Positions 1 through 12,080 of a DNA stretch of 64,000 nt are shown piece after piece; within the stretch, counting starts at the first letter, position 1, and every line of letters begins with the position of its first letter. Origin of the DNA: Chloroflexota bacterium (GTDB taxonomy: Bacteria; Chloroflexota; Limnocylindria; Limnocylindrales; CSP1-4). The position numbers were made by a program, and so were the translations under genes. The notes under the pieces were generated by a model. It did not search any database. It worked only from the letters and a program-made list of their open reading frames with translations, and had not been told where the DNA came from. The DNA is taken from positions 77,418 to 141,417 of the forward strand of contig BPIH01000002.1 of the NCBI GenBank assembly GCA_026004015.1. Direction: 5' to 3'.

Positions 1-2075
1 TCGCCGAGACCCTCGACGCGGCGGCCCGCCTGGCGACGCAGCTCGCCGACGACCGGCGGCCGCTCCTCCGGGACCTGGCGCGGCGTCTCCACGCCCTGCC
101 CGCCCTCCGGGCGACCCTGGCTCGGAGCTTCGATCCGACGGGCGAGCTCCTCGACACCGCCTCGCCGAGGCTCGGTGCCCTCCGGGCGGCGGTCCGGGTC
201 GCCTACGAGCGGCTCCGACGGCGCCTCGACAGCCTCGTCGCCTCCGAGCTCGGCTCGGCCCTCCAGGAGCCCATCGTCACCGTCCGCAACGGCCGCTACG
301 TCGTTCCGATCCGGGCCGAGGCCCGCGGCCGGGTCCGCGGCATCGTCCACGACGCCTCTTCGAGCGGCCAGACCCTCTTCGTCGAGCCCCTCGTCGTCGT
401 CGAGCTCGGCAACGCCTGGCGGGAGGCGCAGGCCGCCGAGGCGGAGGAGGTCGAGCGGATCCTCGACGAGCTGTCGGCCCTCGTCGGCGCCCACGCGCCC
501 CTCCTCCGGGAGACCCTCGATGCCCTGGCGACCCTCGACTTCTGGCTCGCCAAGGCGCGCCTGGCCGAGGTCCTCGAGGCGGTTCGACCCGAGCCGAGCC
601 CCGACGGCAGCCTCGAGCTCCGGGCCGCCCGGCATCCCGGCCTCGGACCGACGGCCGTCCCCATCGACGTCCGCCTCGGCGGCGAGTTCTCGGCCCTCGT
701 CGTCACCGGGCCGAACACCGGCGGGAAGACCGTCGCCCTCCGGACCATCGGTCTCCTCGCCCTCATGCACCAGGCCGGCCTCCACGTGCCGGCTGCCATC
801 GGGACCCGATTGCCGGTCTTCCGGGACGTCTTCGCCGACATCGGCGACGAGCAGTCCATCGCCCAGTCGCTGTCGACCTTCTCGGGCCACCTCCGGCGGA
901 TCATCACCATCGTCGAGCGGGCCGGACCGGGCAGCCTCGTCCTGCTCGACGAGCTCGGGGCGGGCACGGACCCGACCGAGGGCTCGGCCCTCGCCCAGGC
1001 GATCCTCGACCACCTCCTGGCCGCCGGCGCCCTCGTCGCCGCGACGACCCACTCGGCCGAGCTCAAGGTCTACGCCCACACGACGCCCGGTGTTCGGAAC
1101 GCCGCCGTCGAGTTCGACCTCGAGACCCTCCGGCCGACGTACCACCTCTCCATCGGCCTTCCCGGGGGAAGCCAGGCCTTCGCCATCGCCGAGCGGCTCG
1201 GGCTGCCGCCGGCCATCGTGGAGGCGGCCCGGTCGCGCCTCACCGAGGACGAGCGGGCCTTCGAGGCGACCCTGGCCCGGATCCGCGAGGCGGAACGGGA
1301 GACGGCGGCGGCCCTGGAGGCCGCCCGCCGGGCCGAGGATCGAGCGGTCGAGGCGCTCCGGGTCGCCGAAGAGGAGCGGCGCCGGGCGCGGGCCGAGCGG
1401 GAGGCGACCCTCGCCGCTGCGCGGGCCGAAGCCGAGGCCGTCCTTGCGCGACTCCGGGCCGAGCTCGAGGCGGCCCGGCGGGCCCTCGAGCGGGAGACCC
1501 TCACCGTGCCCCGAATCGACGCCCGGCTCGCTCGGGCCGAGGCGGCCCTCGCCGCCCTGCCGGCTGCCGCCCGACCAGAGGCCGAGGTCTCGTGGCGGGT
1601 CGGCGACTGGGCCCGGAGTCGGAGCGGCGGCTGGGAGGGTCGGGTCGTCGCCGTCGACCGGGCCCGCCGGCGGGCGCGGCTCGAGAGCGAAGGAAAGCGG
1701 GTCTCCGTCGACCTCGCCGAGCTCGTCCAGAGCCCCGCACCACGAAGCCCGGCCGAGGGTGGCTCCGGGTCCGAGCGCGGTGCGATCCGGGCGGGGACGA
1801 ATCGGAGCCGGCTCGGCCTCGAGCGGGTCCGACGGGTCGCCAGCTCCCTCGACCTCCGGGGCGCGAGGGTCGAGGAGGCCGTCGCCGCCCTCGAGCGGTA
1901 CCTCGAGGACGCTGCCCTCGCCGGGCTCGCCCAGGTCACGATCGTCCACGGCCTCGGGACCGGCGCCCTTCGGGACGCCGTCCGAGCGACGGCGACTGCC
2001 CATCCGCTCGTCGCCGCCGTCCGCGGTGGGGGACCGAACGAAGGTGGCGACGGGGTGACGATCGTCGCCCTCTGA
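1..2075 (+). CDS. mutS2: Endonuclease MutS2 (5'-partial; P-loop ATPase domain plus C-terminal Smr domain)
   Basis: The frame starting at nt 3 translates continuously. It shows the Walker A motif (TGPNTGGKTVALRTIGL), the LLDELGAGTDPTEGSALA box, a coiled-coil linker and a C-terminal Smr domain. Stop TGA at 2073-2075. Confidence 0.88.
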   Translation, partial: AETLDAAARLATQLADDRRPLLRDLARRLHALPALRATLARSFDPTGELLDTASPRLGALRAAVRVAYERLRRRLDSLVASELGSALQEPIVTVRNGRYVVPIRAEARGRVRGIVHDASSSGQTLFVEPLVVVELGNAWREAQAAEAEEVERILDELSALVGAHAPLLRETLDALATLDFWLAKARLAEVLEAVRPEPSPDGSLELRAARHPGLGPTAVPIDVRLGGEFSALVVTGPNTGGKTVALRTIGLLALMHQAGLHVPAAIGTRLPVFRDVFADIGDEQSIAQSLSTFSGHLRRIITIVERAGPGSLVLLDELGAGTDPTEGSALAQAILDHLLAAGALVAATTHSAELKVYAHTTPGVRNAAVEFDLETLRPTYHLSIGLPGGSQAFAIAERLGLPPAIVEAARSRLTEDERAFEATLARIREAERETAAALEAARRAEDRAVEALRVAEEERRRARAEREATLAAARAEAEAVLARLRAELEAARRALERETLTVPRIDARLARAEAALAALPAAARPEAEVSWRVGDWARSRSGGWEGRVVAVDRARRRARLESEGKRVSVDLAELVQSPAPRSPAEGGSGSERGAIRAGTNRSRLGLERVRRVASSLDLRGARVEEAVAALERYLEDAALAGLAQVTIVHGLGTGALRDAVRATATAHPLVAAVRGGGPNEGGDGVTIVAL

Positions 2076-2117
2076 CCGAGTGGCCTCGGCGTCAGCCTCG
2101 GCTCGGTCGGACGGACC

Positions 2118-4884
2118 TCAGCTCGGGCTCGGCGTCGGGCTCGGCCGCGGTCGACCGCCCCCGCCGCCGTTGCCGCCTCCGCCACCGCCGGTCGACGGGC
2201 TCGGCTCCGGCGGCAGGGACGGGCAGGTCTCCGGGGCGAGGGGATCGCAGCTCGGTTCCGGCGACGGCGACGGGGAGGGGAGGGGCGTGCACGTCTCGGT
2301 CGGGGCGAAGGGAGCGCCCCAGGTCCGGCCGAAGGGGGCGAAGGCGCGGTTGTAGAAGTACATCGTCCGGGTTCGCCTCGGGCCTCCGGCGACGCCGACG
2401 CCCCGACGGGCACGTTCGATCCAGGCGTTGTTCGCCTTCTGCCACTCGGGGAAGTTCGCCTCGACCCGACTGAGGTCGAGGAAGCCCTGGGTCACCGGCG
2501 GACCGGCGCAGCCCTCCTGCCAGAGGAGACCCGTGGCCGAGTCGATCTCGAGGGCGACCTTCGTGTCGTCGACCTTCGTCGGCACCGTCCCCTGGATGAA
2601 GATCTCGTCGATGGTCCGGGTCGTGAAGGGGCCGGGCAGGAGGCCGCTGTGGGCGTCGATCGTGGCGGTGACGATCCCGCTCGGGCGGCTGTCGCGGAAG
2701 CGGGCGAAGGGGAGGCCCTTCGAGACCTCGGTCATGATCCGCGACCAGAGCGGGGCCGACGAGTCGAGGGAGAGGCTGCCCTTGTTCGGTTCGTTGTTGC
2801 TGTTCCCCATCCAGACGCCGACGACGAGGTGGGGTGCCTTCGGATCCTCGGGAGGAGCGAGGTAGCCGTAGGCGGCGACGTCGCGGTTGTCCTGGGTGGT
2901 GCCGGTCTTGTAGGCCGCCTCCCGTCGGGTCTTGCCGTCGATGATCCGCCACTCGCCCCAGTACGGGTTGGCCGAGGGGTCCGTGTTGCCGGCCAGGATG
3001 TCGGTGATGATGTACGCCGCCTGAGGGCTGACGACCCGTTCGCCCTTCGGCGGCGCGTCGCCCTCCGGCCAGACCCGGTTGCCGGAGCCGTCGGTCACCT
3101 CGCGGATGTACTGCTGCGGCATCCGGACGCCCCCGTTGGCGAGGGTCGCGTAGGCGGTGAGCATGTCGATGGGCCGAACCTCGATGGTCCCGATGGACAT
3201 GCTGACGACGGGGATGGCGTTCGGCGCGTAGCGGAGGCCGAAGTCCTTGTCGCGGGCGAAGAGGTGATCGAGGCCCATGATGATCCCGGCCTTGATGGCG
3301 GGGATGTTCAGGGAGAACTGGAGGGCCGACCGGAGGCGAACGGGGCCGCGCTCGTAGCCGTCGGCCTGGGTCGGGTAGTAGGGCTTCTGGTTCGGCGGGG
3401 CGAAGTTCGTGACGACCTCCATGAAAAGGCTCGCCGCCGTCAGGACCCGATCGTCGATGCCGATGGCGTAGTGGATCGGCTTGATCGCCGAACCCGGCTG
3501 GCGCATCCCGTCGCCGAGGACGTCGAACTGGGGCTGGAAGCGCTCGTTGCCGGTCTCGTAGTAGCCCGCCGAGCCGACGTAGGCGAGGATCTCGCCGGTC
3601 CGAGCGTCCATGATCCCCGCGGCGGCGTTGTGGATGTTCCGGCCCTTGAGGGCCTTGATCCAGGCCCAATCGCCCTTCGGAATCCGGTAGCGCTCGAGGA
3701 TGGCGTCGGGGTTCCTCGCCTGGGGGGCCCGGGCGGCGACGTAGACCCACTTCTCGGCCGTCTGCTGCATCGTCACGTCGAGGGTCGTGACGACCCGGAA
3801 GCCGCCCGTGTCGACCCGCTCGCAGCTGTCGGCCTGGGCCGCGCCGCAGAGGATCGTCCCCAGCTGTCGGCGGACCTGCCAGACGAAGTGGGGCGCGATC
3901 CAGCGCGGCGTCGGTGGCGGGGTGAGGACGACCGGCTCGCGCTTGGCCTTCTCGTAGTCGGCGACGGTGTGCCGGCTCCCCGAGAGGACGCTCCGGGTCT
4001 TCATGAGCTCGAGGATGTGGTTCCGGCGGACGACGACCTCCCGGTCCGGGGGGACGACGAGCCGGACCTTGTCGGCCGGGCAGGTGTCGCCCTCGGCGAC
4101 CTCGACGGTGCACTCCTCGACGGCGTTCCGGATGAGGTCGAAGGTCGTCGGCGACTGGGGGATGGCGGCGAGGAGGGCCATCTCGGCGAGGGTGAGCTCG
4201 GAGAGGTCCTTGTTCCAGTAGCCCCGGGCGGCGGCCTTCACCCCGTAGCTCTGGTTGCCGTAGAAGTTCTGGTTCAGGTAGGCGGTGATGATCTCCTGCT
4301 TGCCCTCGATGCCGGGATACTCCTGGGTGAGGCGGATCGACTGGATGATCTCCCGGATCTTCCGCTCGTAGATCGAGCCCTCGAAGGCCTCCTTCGGCAG
4401 GAGGCGGGCGCGGACGAGCTGTTGGGTGATCGTCGAGCCGCCCCGCTCCCGTCCGGCCGAGGGTGTCGAGGGCGGCCGAGACGAAGCCGAGGGGGTCGAA
4501 GCCGACGTTCTCCCAGAAGGTCTTGTCCTCGATGGCCGTCGTGGCGTCGACGAGCTCCGGCGGGAGCTCGTCGAAGGTGACGAGCTCGCGCCGGGCCGAC
4601 CCGAGGCGAGCCAGCTCGACCGTCCCGGTCCGGTCGTAGACGATCGTCTGCTGGTCGAAGGTGAGGTTCTCGAAGACCGTCCGCGGGTCCGGAAGGCCCT
4701 GGGCGTACTGGTTGTAGGCGAGAACGATGCCGGCGAGCCCGACGAGACCGACGACGAGGAAGGAGCCGAAGAGGAAGAGGGGGAAGGCGATGGCGACGGT
4801 GACGGCCGCTCGCCGACCAGTCGATGGGCGGCGACCGTTGCCGAGCCGACGCTGGCGCTGCCGCCGCGCGAGGCTGGTGTTCAT
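2118..4884 (-). CDS. Class A penicillin-binding protein (transglycosylase/transpeptidase, PBP1A family) with a Pro/Ser/Gly-rich C-terminal tail; apparent frameshift near 4445
   Basis: N-terminal TM helix plus glycosyltransferase motifs (DATTAIEDKTFWEN, GGSTITQQLV) lie in one frame. The RGYWNK...transpeptidase region continues in the -1 frame down to the TGA at 2118. The frames switch inside a G/C run around 4440-4450. Confidence 0.75.
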
Positions 4885-5003
4885 GCCGGCGGTGACGATA
4901 GCATAGGGACCGCGATGACCCTCCTCGTCTCCTTCCGTCGCTTCGACCGTGCCCCCCGCGGCACGATCCCCCTCGGCACCGGAACGAGCCGGTCGGCCCT
5001 GCT

Positions 5004-6334
5004 GTGACGGCCCCGTCCCCGGCGGCGGTCGAGCCCGCCCCCGGCCTCGCCGGTCTGCTCGACGAGCTTCGCTGGCGCGGGCTCCTCTACGCCGCCACGC
5101 CCGGCCTCGCCGCGCGCCTGGCGACGGGGCGTCCCATCGCCGGCTACAACGGCTTCGATCCGACCGCTCGCTCCCTCCACGCCGGCAACCTCGTCCCCAT
5201 CTTCGGCCTCATCCACCTCCAGCGGCGCGGCGGCCGGCCGGTCGTCGTCATCGGCGGCGGCACCGGCATGATCGGGGACCCCTCGGGCCGGGCGACCGAA
5301 CGGGCCCTCCTCGACGCCGAGACCCTCGCCGCCAACGCGGCCGCCATCCGGGCCCAGCTCGAGCGGTTCCTCGACCTCGGCTCGGGTCCCGGCGGGGCGC
5401 TCGTCGTCGACAACGCCGAGTGGCTGAGCCGCCTCTCCCTCATCGAGTTCCTCCGGGACGTCGGCAAGCACTTCACGGTCCCGTACATGCTCGACAAGGA
5501 ATCCGTGCGGACCCGCCTCGAGCGAGGCCTCTCCTACACCGAGTTCAGCTACATGCTCCTTCAGGCCTACGACTTCCTCCACCTCTACCGGACGTACGGC
5601 GTCGAGCTCCAGATGGGTGGCGCCGATCAGTGGGGGAACATCACGGCCGGCCTCGAGCTCATCCGACGGGTCGTCGGGGGCGGCGAGGCGGGGAGCGGCG
5701 AGGAGCTCGCCCACGGGCTCTGCTATCCGCTCCTCACCCTGCCCTCGGGCGAGAAGTTCGGCAAGACGGCGGCCGGGACGTCGGTCTGGCTCGATCCGGA
5801 GCTCACCTCGCCCTTCGCCTTCTACCAGCACTGGCTGAACGCCCCCGACGCCGACGTCCCGACCTACCTCCGCTTCTTCACCCTCCTCGGGCGGGCCGAG
5901 ATCGAGGCCCTCCTGGCCGAGGGCGAGGCCCGCCCCGAGGCCCGCGTTCCGCAGCGGGTCCTGGCTCGGGACCTGACGGCCCGGGTCCACGGCGCGGCCG
6001 CGGCGGAGCGGGCCGAGCGGATGGCGGCCCTCGCCTTCTCCGACGAGCCGGTCGAGGAGCCCGAGCTCCTCGAGGCCCTCTGGCGGGAGGCCGACGGCTT
6101 CGACGTCCGTCCGGAGCTCCGGGGGGCGCCGGTCGCCGTCTTCCTCGCCGAGACCGGCCTCGTCGCGTCGCGGAGCGAAGCCCGGCGGCTCGTCGCCGGG
6201 GGCGGCGTCACCATCAACGGCCGCCGGCCGGCCAGCCACGACGAGCCGTCCCCGAGCCGATCGCCGGACGCTACTGGCGGGTCGGCATCGGGCGGCGGAG
6301 TCGGCGGACGGGGCGCCTCGTCGAGGGCGGCTGA
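5004..6334 (+). CDS. tyrS: Tyrosine--tRNA ligase (with C-terminal S4-like domain); apparent frameshift near 6245
   Basis: TyrRS class I signature (HAGNL = HIGH variant, KFGKT = KMSKS), GGGTGMIGDPSG box, and a C-terminal GGVTINGRR...GRYWRVGIGRR S4 motif completed in a different frame ending at 6334. Confidence 0.8.
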
Positions 6335-6401
6335 CGGAAGGGCGCCGGGATCCGCGGCGGTCCCGGCGGTGGCGTGGCCCGGCGGCGAACGCCCGCCCGG
6401 C

Positions 6402-7073
6402 TCAGGGCCGGTGGCGGCGCTGGAGGACGCCGACGACCTCCTCGGGCGAGAGGGCCCGCTCGGCGAGGAGGACGAGAAGGTGGTAGAGGAGGTCGGCGGC
6501 TTCGCCGGCGAGGGCGGCCCTCGTCGCTGACGGCGCTCCGTCGGCCGCCGCCGGCCGGAGGCGGCCGCTGCCTGGCGTCGTCCTTGGCGGCCAGGAGGAC
6601 CTCGACGGCTTCCTCGACGACCTTCCGCCCGACGGCCTCGGGGCCGCCGGCGAGGAGGCTGGCGGTGTACGAACCCGGGGGTCTGGCCGCGGCTCGTTCG
6701 GCGATGGTGGCCCAGAGGACGGCGAGCCAGGCGAAGGCGGCTTCGGCGGCGGGGTCGGGCTGCCGGGTGGCGGGTTCGGGCCGCTCGGCGGTGGGCGCCT
6801 GCTCTCCGGCGAAGAGGCCGGGGCGCGCCTCGCCCGCCGCCGGGAGGCGGGTCGAAGCAGCTGCGGGTCCCTCGGTGGCAGGTCGGACCGGCCGGGTCGA
6901 CCCGGAGGAGGAGGGTCGTCGGCGTCGCAGTCGGCGGCGATGGAGCGAAGCCGAAGGACGTTGCCGCTCGTCTCGCCCTTCCGCCAGAGGCGCCGGCGGG
7001 ACCGGGAGTGGAAGTGGACGTCGCCGGTCCGGAGGGTCGCCTCGAGGGCCTCCGCGTCCATGTAGGCGACCAT
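6402..7073 (-). CDS. hisI: Bifunctional phosphoribosyl-AMP cyclohydrolase / phosphoribosyl-ATP pyrophosphatase HisIE (multiple apparent frameshifts)
   Basis: HisI motifs ([24 protein letters not shown], then [21 protein letters not shown] in another frame) and the HisE C-terminus ([23 protein letters not shown]) lie on the same strand. Confidence 0.7.
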   Translation of the reverse strand: MVAYMDAEALEATLRTGDVHFHSRSRRRLWRKGETSGNVLRLRSIAADCDADDPPPPGRPGRSDLPPRDPQLLRPASRRRARRAPASSPESRRPPPSGPNPPPGSPTPPPKPPSPGSPSSGPPSPNEPRPDPRVRTPPASSPAAPRPSGGRSSRKPSRSSWPPRTTPGSGRLRPAAADGAPSATRAALAGEAADLLYHLLVLLAERALSPEEVVGVLQRRHRP

Positions 7074-7220
7074 GAGGACGTCGCCCGACGCCGCGTCGGT
7101 GACGACCGCCGGAACGAGGCCGTCTGGCCCGAAGCGAACCCCGCCGGGGCGACGGCGGCGGCAGCGGCGAATTCCGGAGCCGGTCCGGGGGCCGGGCGAG
7201 ACCCCTCCGTCGACGCCACC

Positions 7221-8024
7221 TCAGCCTCCCGGGACGAGGCGGACGGGGATCCCGGCCGCCGCCATGGCCGCCTTCACGGCGGCGATGGAGTGGATCCGGC
7301 GGTGGAAGATGGAGGCGGCGAGGACGGCGTCGGCGCCGCCGTCGCGAACGGCGGCCACGAAATCGTCGGGCCCGGCCGCCCCGCCCGAGGCGATGACCGG
7401 CACCGGGACCCGGCTCGTGATCGCCCGGAGGAGCTCGGTGTCGTAGCCCGACCGGGTCCCGTCCCGGTCGATGGAGGTGACGAGGAGTTCGCCCGCCCCG
7501 AGCTCGACCGCCCGCTCGGCCCAGGCGACGGCGTCGAGGCCCGTCGGGCGGCGGCCGCCGGCGACGACGACCTCCCAGCTCGGCTCGGCGGTGTCCGGAT
7601 CGCCGTTCCGACCTCCGGCGGGCCGGCGTCGGGCGTCGATGGCGACGACGACGGCCTGGCTCCCGAACCGTCGGGCGCAGCGCCGGACGAGGGCCGGTTC
7701 GGCGACGGCGGCCGTGTTCAGGGAGACCTTGTCGGCTCCGGCCCGCAGGACGGCCCGCATGTCGGCGACCGAGCGGACGCCGCCGCCGACGGTGAGGGGG
7801 ATGAAGGCCCGCCGGGCGGTGCGCTCGACGATGTCGAGGAGCGTCGAGCGGCCCTCGGGGGCGGCCGCGATGTCGAGGAAGACGAGCTCGTCGGCGCCTT
7901 CGGCGGCATAGCGCTCGGCGAGGGTCGGCGGGTCGCCGGCGTCGACGAGGTCGACGAAGCGGGTCCCCTTGACGACCCGGCCGTGGGCGACGTCGAGGCA
8001 GGGGATGACGCGTCGACGGAGCAT
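7221..8024 (-). CDS. hisF: Imidazole glycerol phosphate synthase cyclase subunit HisF
   Basis: Intact 267-aa ORF with the full HisF (beta/alpha)8 signature ([37 protein letters not shown]). Confidence 0.92.
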   Translation of the reverse strand: MLRRRVIPCLDVAHGRVVKGTRFVDLVDAGDPPTLAERYAAEGADELVFLDIAAAPEGRSTLLDIVERTARRAFIPLTVGGGVRSVADMRAVLRAGADKVSLNTAAVAEPALVRRCARRFGSQAVVVAIDARRRPAGGRNGDPDTAEPSWEVVVAGGRRPTGLDAVAWAERAVELGAGELLVTSIDRDGTRSGYDTELLRAITSRVPVPVIASGGAAGPDDFVAAVRDGGADAVLAASIFHRRIHSIAAVKAAMAAAGIPVRLVPGG

Positions 8025-8025
8025 C

Positions 8026-8778
8026 CTAGGCCGTCCGTTCGAGGTCTCCGGACCGAGGTCGTCGCCGGCTCGGCCGGCGGCTCGGCCGTCGGTTCGGCCG
8101 CCGGTTCGAGTCCCCGCCGGTCCGGGCGGCCTCGGCCGCGGCGAGGCCGAGGAAGTTCGCCAGGAGACGGAGGCCGTCGCGGCCCGACCGCTCCGGGTGG
8201 AACTGGACGCCGCAGAGGCGCCCTCGGGCCACGGCCGAGACGAAGGGTCGGCCGTGGGTCGTCCAGGCGAGGATCGCCGCCTCGGCCGGGCCGGCCGGCG
8301 ATCCGGCGTACGAGTGGACGAAGTAGAAGTCGGCTCCCTCGGCGATCCCCTCGAAGAGCCGGTGGGGGCGGGTCCGCTCGACCTGGTTCCAGCCGATGTG
8401 GGGCAGGGTCGGCGCGTCGGCGAGGCGGACCGTTCGGCCGGCGAGGACGCCGAGGGTCTCGGCGCCGTCCTCGTCGCTCCCCTCGAAGAGGAGCTGGAGA
8501 CCGAGGCAGATGCCGAGGAACGGCCGGTCGGCCTCGATCCAGGCGCGGATCGGCTCGACGAGCCCGCGGCGGGCGAGGCGGATCATTGCCGGACGGGCGG
8601 CGCCGACGCCCGGCACGACGAGGGCGTCCAGATCGGCCAGGTCGGCCGGACGCCGGACCATGGTCACCCGGCCACCGACGGCGACGACGGCCTGCTCGAT
8701 GCTGACGAGGTTGCCGGCGCCGTAGTCGACGATCCCGACCCGAGGCGAAGCCCCGCCACCGGCCGGAGCCAGCGTCAC
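8026..8778 (-). CDS. hisH: Imidazole glycerol phosphate synthase glutaminase subunit HisH
   Basis: Class I glutamine amidotransferase motifs ([26 protein letters not shown]). GTG start at 8778, coupled to the hisF start. Confidence 0.88.
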   Translation of the reverse strand: MTLAPAGGGASPRVGIVDYGAGNLVSIEQAVVAVGGRVTMVRRPADLADLDALVVPGVGAARPAMIRLARRGLVEPIRAWIEADRPFLGICLGLQLLFEGSDEDGAETLGVLAGRTVRLADAPTLPHIGWNQVERTRPHRLFEGIAEGADFYFVHSYAGSPAGPAEAAILAWTTHGRPFVSAVARGRLCGVQFHPERSGRDGLRLLANFLGLAAAEAARTGGDSNRRPNRRPSRRPSRRRPRSGDLERTA

Positions 8779-9450
8779 CCGAGGACCCCCTTCGTCGAGG
8801 CGACCCCGCTCCGCCGGGGATCGGGCTCGCAGGCGGCGCGGAGCGCCCGTCCGAGGGCCTTGAAGGCGGCCTCGGCGAGGTGGTGGTCGTTGCGGCCACG
8901 ACCGGTCAGGTGGATCGTCAGGCCGCCCGCGCGGGCGAAGGCCTCGACGGCGTGCTCGACGAGCTGGAGCGGCAGGCCGCCGACCCGCTCGCCCCGGAAC
9001 GGGAGCTCGACGGCCGTGTAGGCGCGGCCGCCGACGTCGACGACCGCCTCGGCGAGGGATTCGTCCATGGGTACGGCCGCCTGACCGAAGCGGCTGGATC
9101 CCCGCTCGATCGCCGAGGGCTCGTCCGAGGGCCGCGCCGAGGCAGAGGGCGACGTCCTCGACGGTGTGGTGCTCGTCGACGTCGAGGTCGCCGGAGGCCT
9201 CGACGACGAGGTCGAAGGCGGCGTGGTGGGCGAGGCTGGCGAGGAGGTGGTCGTAGAAGCCGATCCCGGTCGCCACCGCCGTCCGACCGGTCCCGTCGAG
9301 GTCGAGCTCGACCCGGACCTCGGTCTCCCGGGTCCGCCGCTCGACCGCGCCGCGGCGGCCGCCCAGCGCCGACGGGCCCGATCCGTCCGGGCCGGCGCCG
9401 GGCGCCGTCGCCGCGCCGGCTGCCGGTGTCCTGCGTTCCTTCGCTCATCG
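8775..9450 (-). CDS. hisB: Imidazoleglycerol-phosphate dehydratase HisB (apparent frameshifts)
   Basis: HisB motifs RRTRETEVRVELDLDG, GIGFYDHLL, HHTVEDVAL and the C-terminal GRNDHHLAEAAFKALGRALR sit in two frames. An ATG with an AGGCGAGGAG RBS overlaps the upstream TGA (ATGA). Confidence 0.72.
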
Positions 9451-10676
9451 CCGCTCCTCGCCTCCGTGCGTGATCGCTCGTTCCGTCGCCGCTCCGGCGC
9501 TCCTCGCGACGGCTGGCCTCGGTGGGGTCCTCCGCGTCCATCTCGGCCGCGATGGCCCGCGCCGCCTCGACGAGCCGGTCGTTCTCGGCCGGTGCCCGGA
9601 CCGTGAAGCGGAGGCAACCGGCGAGGACGTGGCCCGCCCCGAAGGTCCGCGGGACGAGGCCGCGCCGGAGGAGGGCCTCGGCGACGGCGGCCGCCCGGGC
9701 CGGTGCCTCGAAGTCGACGAGGAGGAAGTTCGTCACCGACGGCGCCACCCGCCAGCCGAGGGCCGTCAGGCCTGCCGCGAGGCGTGGTCGCTCCGTCTCG
9801 ATCCGGGCGAGGTTCTCGGCGAGGCTCGTCGGGTCGCGCAGGACGGCGGTGCCGACGGCCACCGACGGGACGCTCACCGAGCCCGGCGGCCGGTACGGCT
9901 CGAGGCGGGCGATGGTCGGCCGCGCGGCGATGGCGAACCCGACCCGGGCTCCGGCGACGGCGTAGGCCTTCGAGAGCGTCCGGACCGTCACCACGTTCGG
10001 CCAGCGCCGGTGGCGGACGACGGCCGCCCGCCCGACGAACTCGGCGTAGGCCTCGTCGACGACGATCGTCGGCGCCGGTCGGCCGGCCGCTGCGGCGTCG
10101 GCCGCTATGGTCGTCGAGCAGGGCGTCGAGGCTCCCCTCGGGCTCGGCTTGGCCCGTCGGGTTGTTCGGATCGCAGAGCCAGACGAGGTCGGCCCGGGCG
10201 GCCGCCGAGCGAAGGGCCTCCCGGTCGAGGCGCCACCCGTCGCTCGCCGGCCGCCGGTGGACGGCCACGACCGTGGCCGGCCGCTGCTCGCTCAAGACCC
10301 GGTACATGGCGTACGTCGGGGTCGGGACGACGGCCGTCCCGCCCGGTGGGAGGAAGGCCTTCGCGCAGAGGTCGAGGACCTCGTCGGCCCCTGCCCCGAC
10401 GAGGATCTCGTCGGGTTCGACCCGGTAGACGGCGGCGGCGGCCTCGACGAGGCGGCGGTAGTCGCTCGGCGGGTACTCGCTCAGGGGCACGTCGAAGCGG
10501 CCCTCGGCGAGGACTCTGGCCGCGACGGCCGGCGGGCTCGGGCTCGTGTTCAGGTCGAAGCGGACGATGGTCGTCGGATCGAGCCCGTAGCGGGCGGCGA
10601 CCTGCTCCGTCGTCGCCTCCCAGGCGTAACCGGCGGGGGCGACGGGCGAGGCGAAGGTGACCGGGGTCGGCGTCAT
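9447..10676 (-). CDS. hisC: Histidinol-phosphate aminotransferase HisC (apparent frameshifts)
   Basis: Class II aminotransferase motifs (NPTG, IVVDEAYAEF, VRTLSKAYAVAGARVGFAIA) are spread over two or three frames. The start is coupled to the hisD stop. Confidence 0.75.
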
Positions 10677-12080
10677 CGGTCGCTCCCGCCGAGAGCGGGC
10701 CCCTCGTCGGCGGCTCGCGTCGGCCCGTCCCCGGCCTCCGGGTCACCGAGGCGGGCGAAGCGGACCTCGACGGCGGCCCGGTGGGCGAAGAGGCCCTCGG
10801 CCGCGGCGAGCTCGCCGATGGTCGCTCGAAGGGCGGCGAGGCCGGGTCCCGAGACCCGCTGGATCTGCACGAAGCGGCCGTAGTGCTCGACCGAGAGGGC
10901 GCCGCAGGACCGGGCCAGGCCGCCCGTCGGCAGGACGTGGTTCGCCCCCGTGGCGTAGTCGCCGGCCGATTCGGGCGCCCAGGGACCGACGAAGACCGAG
11001 CCGGCACTCCGGATGCGCCCGACCAGGGCCTCGGCGTCGGCGACGTCGAGAGAGAGGTGCTCGGGGGCGTAGTCGTTGACGAAGGCGACGGCCGTCTCGA
11101 GATCCGGGGCCAGGACGATCCGACCGTGCTCGGCGAGGGCGGTCTCGAGGATCTCGCGCCGGGGTGCCGCCGCGAGCTGCCGGAGAAGGGCGGCCTCGAC
11201 GGCGTCCGCGACGACCGGGCTCGTGGTGACGAGGATGGCCGGCGAATCGGGCCCGTGTTCGGCCTGGGTGAGGAGGTCGGCGGCGGCGACCTCGGGGTCG
11301 GCCGCCTCGTCGACGAGGACCATCCCCTCGGACGGCCCGGCCGGGAGGTCGATGCCGACGATCCCGGCGAGCTCGAGCTTCGCCGCCGTGACGTAGGGGT
11401 TGCCCGGGCCCGACGATCCGATCGACGGGCGCGAACCCCTCCTCGGGGAGGCCGAAGGCGAGGGCGGCCACCGCCTGGGCGCCCCCGGCGACGAGGACCC
11501 GCTCGAGGCCGAGCAGGCCGGCCGCCCCGGCGAGGATGGGATGGAGTTCGCCCTCGGGGCCGGCCGGCGTGGCGGCGACGATCTCGCCGACGCCGGCGAC
11601 CTGGCCAGGAACGACGCCCATGACGAGGGACGAGGGATACGGAGCCCGCCCGCCCGGGGCGTAGGCACCGACCCGCTCGAGGGGGATCCAGCGCCGCTCG
11701 ACCTCGACTCCGGCCACCGTGGTCACCCGAACCGACGTCGGCAGCTGGGCCTCGGCGAAGCGGCGGACGTTCGCCATCGCCGCCTCCAGGGCCCGGCGCA
11801 CGGCGACCGGGAGGCGGTCCCGAGCCGCCGCGAGGTCGGGCCGCTCCAGGAAGAGGCGACCGTCGGCCAGCCCGCCGCCGAAGCTCCGGTTCGCCTCGCG
11901 GACGGCGGCTGCCCCGTCCCGGGCGACGGCCTCGACGATCCGACGGGCGGCCTCTCGAACGGCCGGGTCCGGGACGGCGCCGCGGCGGACGAGGGCAGCA
12001 CGCTCGGCGGCGAGGGCCGGATCTCCGGCCGCCCCGAGATCGAGGCGCCGGAGACGAAGGGTCGTGGGAATGGTGCTCAC
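10673..12080 (-). CDS. hisD: Histidinol dehydrogenase HisD (apparent frameshift near 11400)
   Basis: N-terminal half (from a GTG at 12080) and the C-terminal half (QAEHGPDS, GDYATGANHVLPT, SVEHYGRFV) are recognisable HisD in two frames. Confidence 0.78.

Noticed and set aside
175-2058. A 627-aa ORF (and several other ORFs over 200 aa) overlapping mutS2 in alternative frames, rich in Ser/Pro/Arg
   Set aside because: Typical spurious open frames in 75% GC DNA. The mutS2 frame carries the unmistakable motifs, and the alternates have low-complexity Arg/Pro/Ser composition with no domains. The same reasoning removes the dozens of overlapping Arg/Pro-rich ORFs across the window.
2092-4884. A single 930-aa ORF proposed by the ORF track for the PBP region
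   Set aside because: Only the first 150 aa or so (TM helix plus glycosyltransferase motifs) are real PBP sequence. Downstream this frame is Arg/Pro junk, and the real protein continues in the 2118..4241 frame. The gene is therefore a two-frame composite, and the 930-aa product is not real.
4885-5003. A T-box leader upstream of tyrS
   Set aside because: The intergenic region is only about 120 bp. It has no specifier-loop, T-box sequence, or terminator/antiterminator arrangement.
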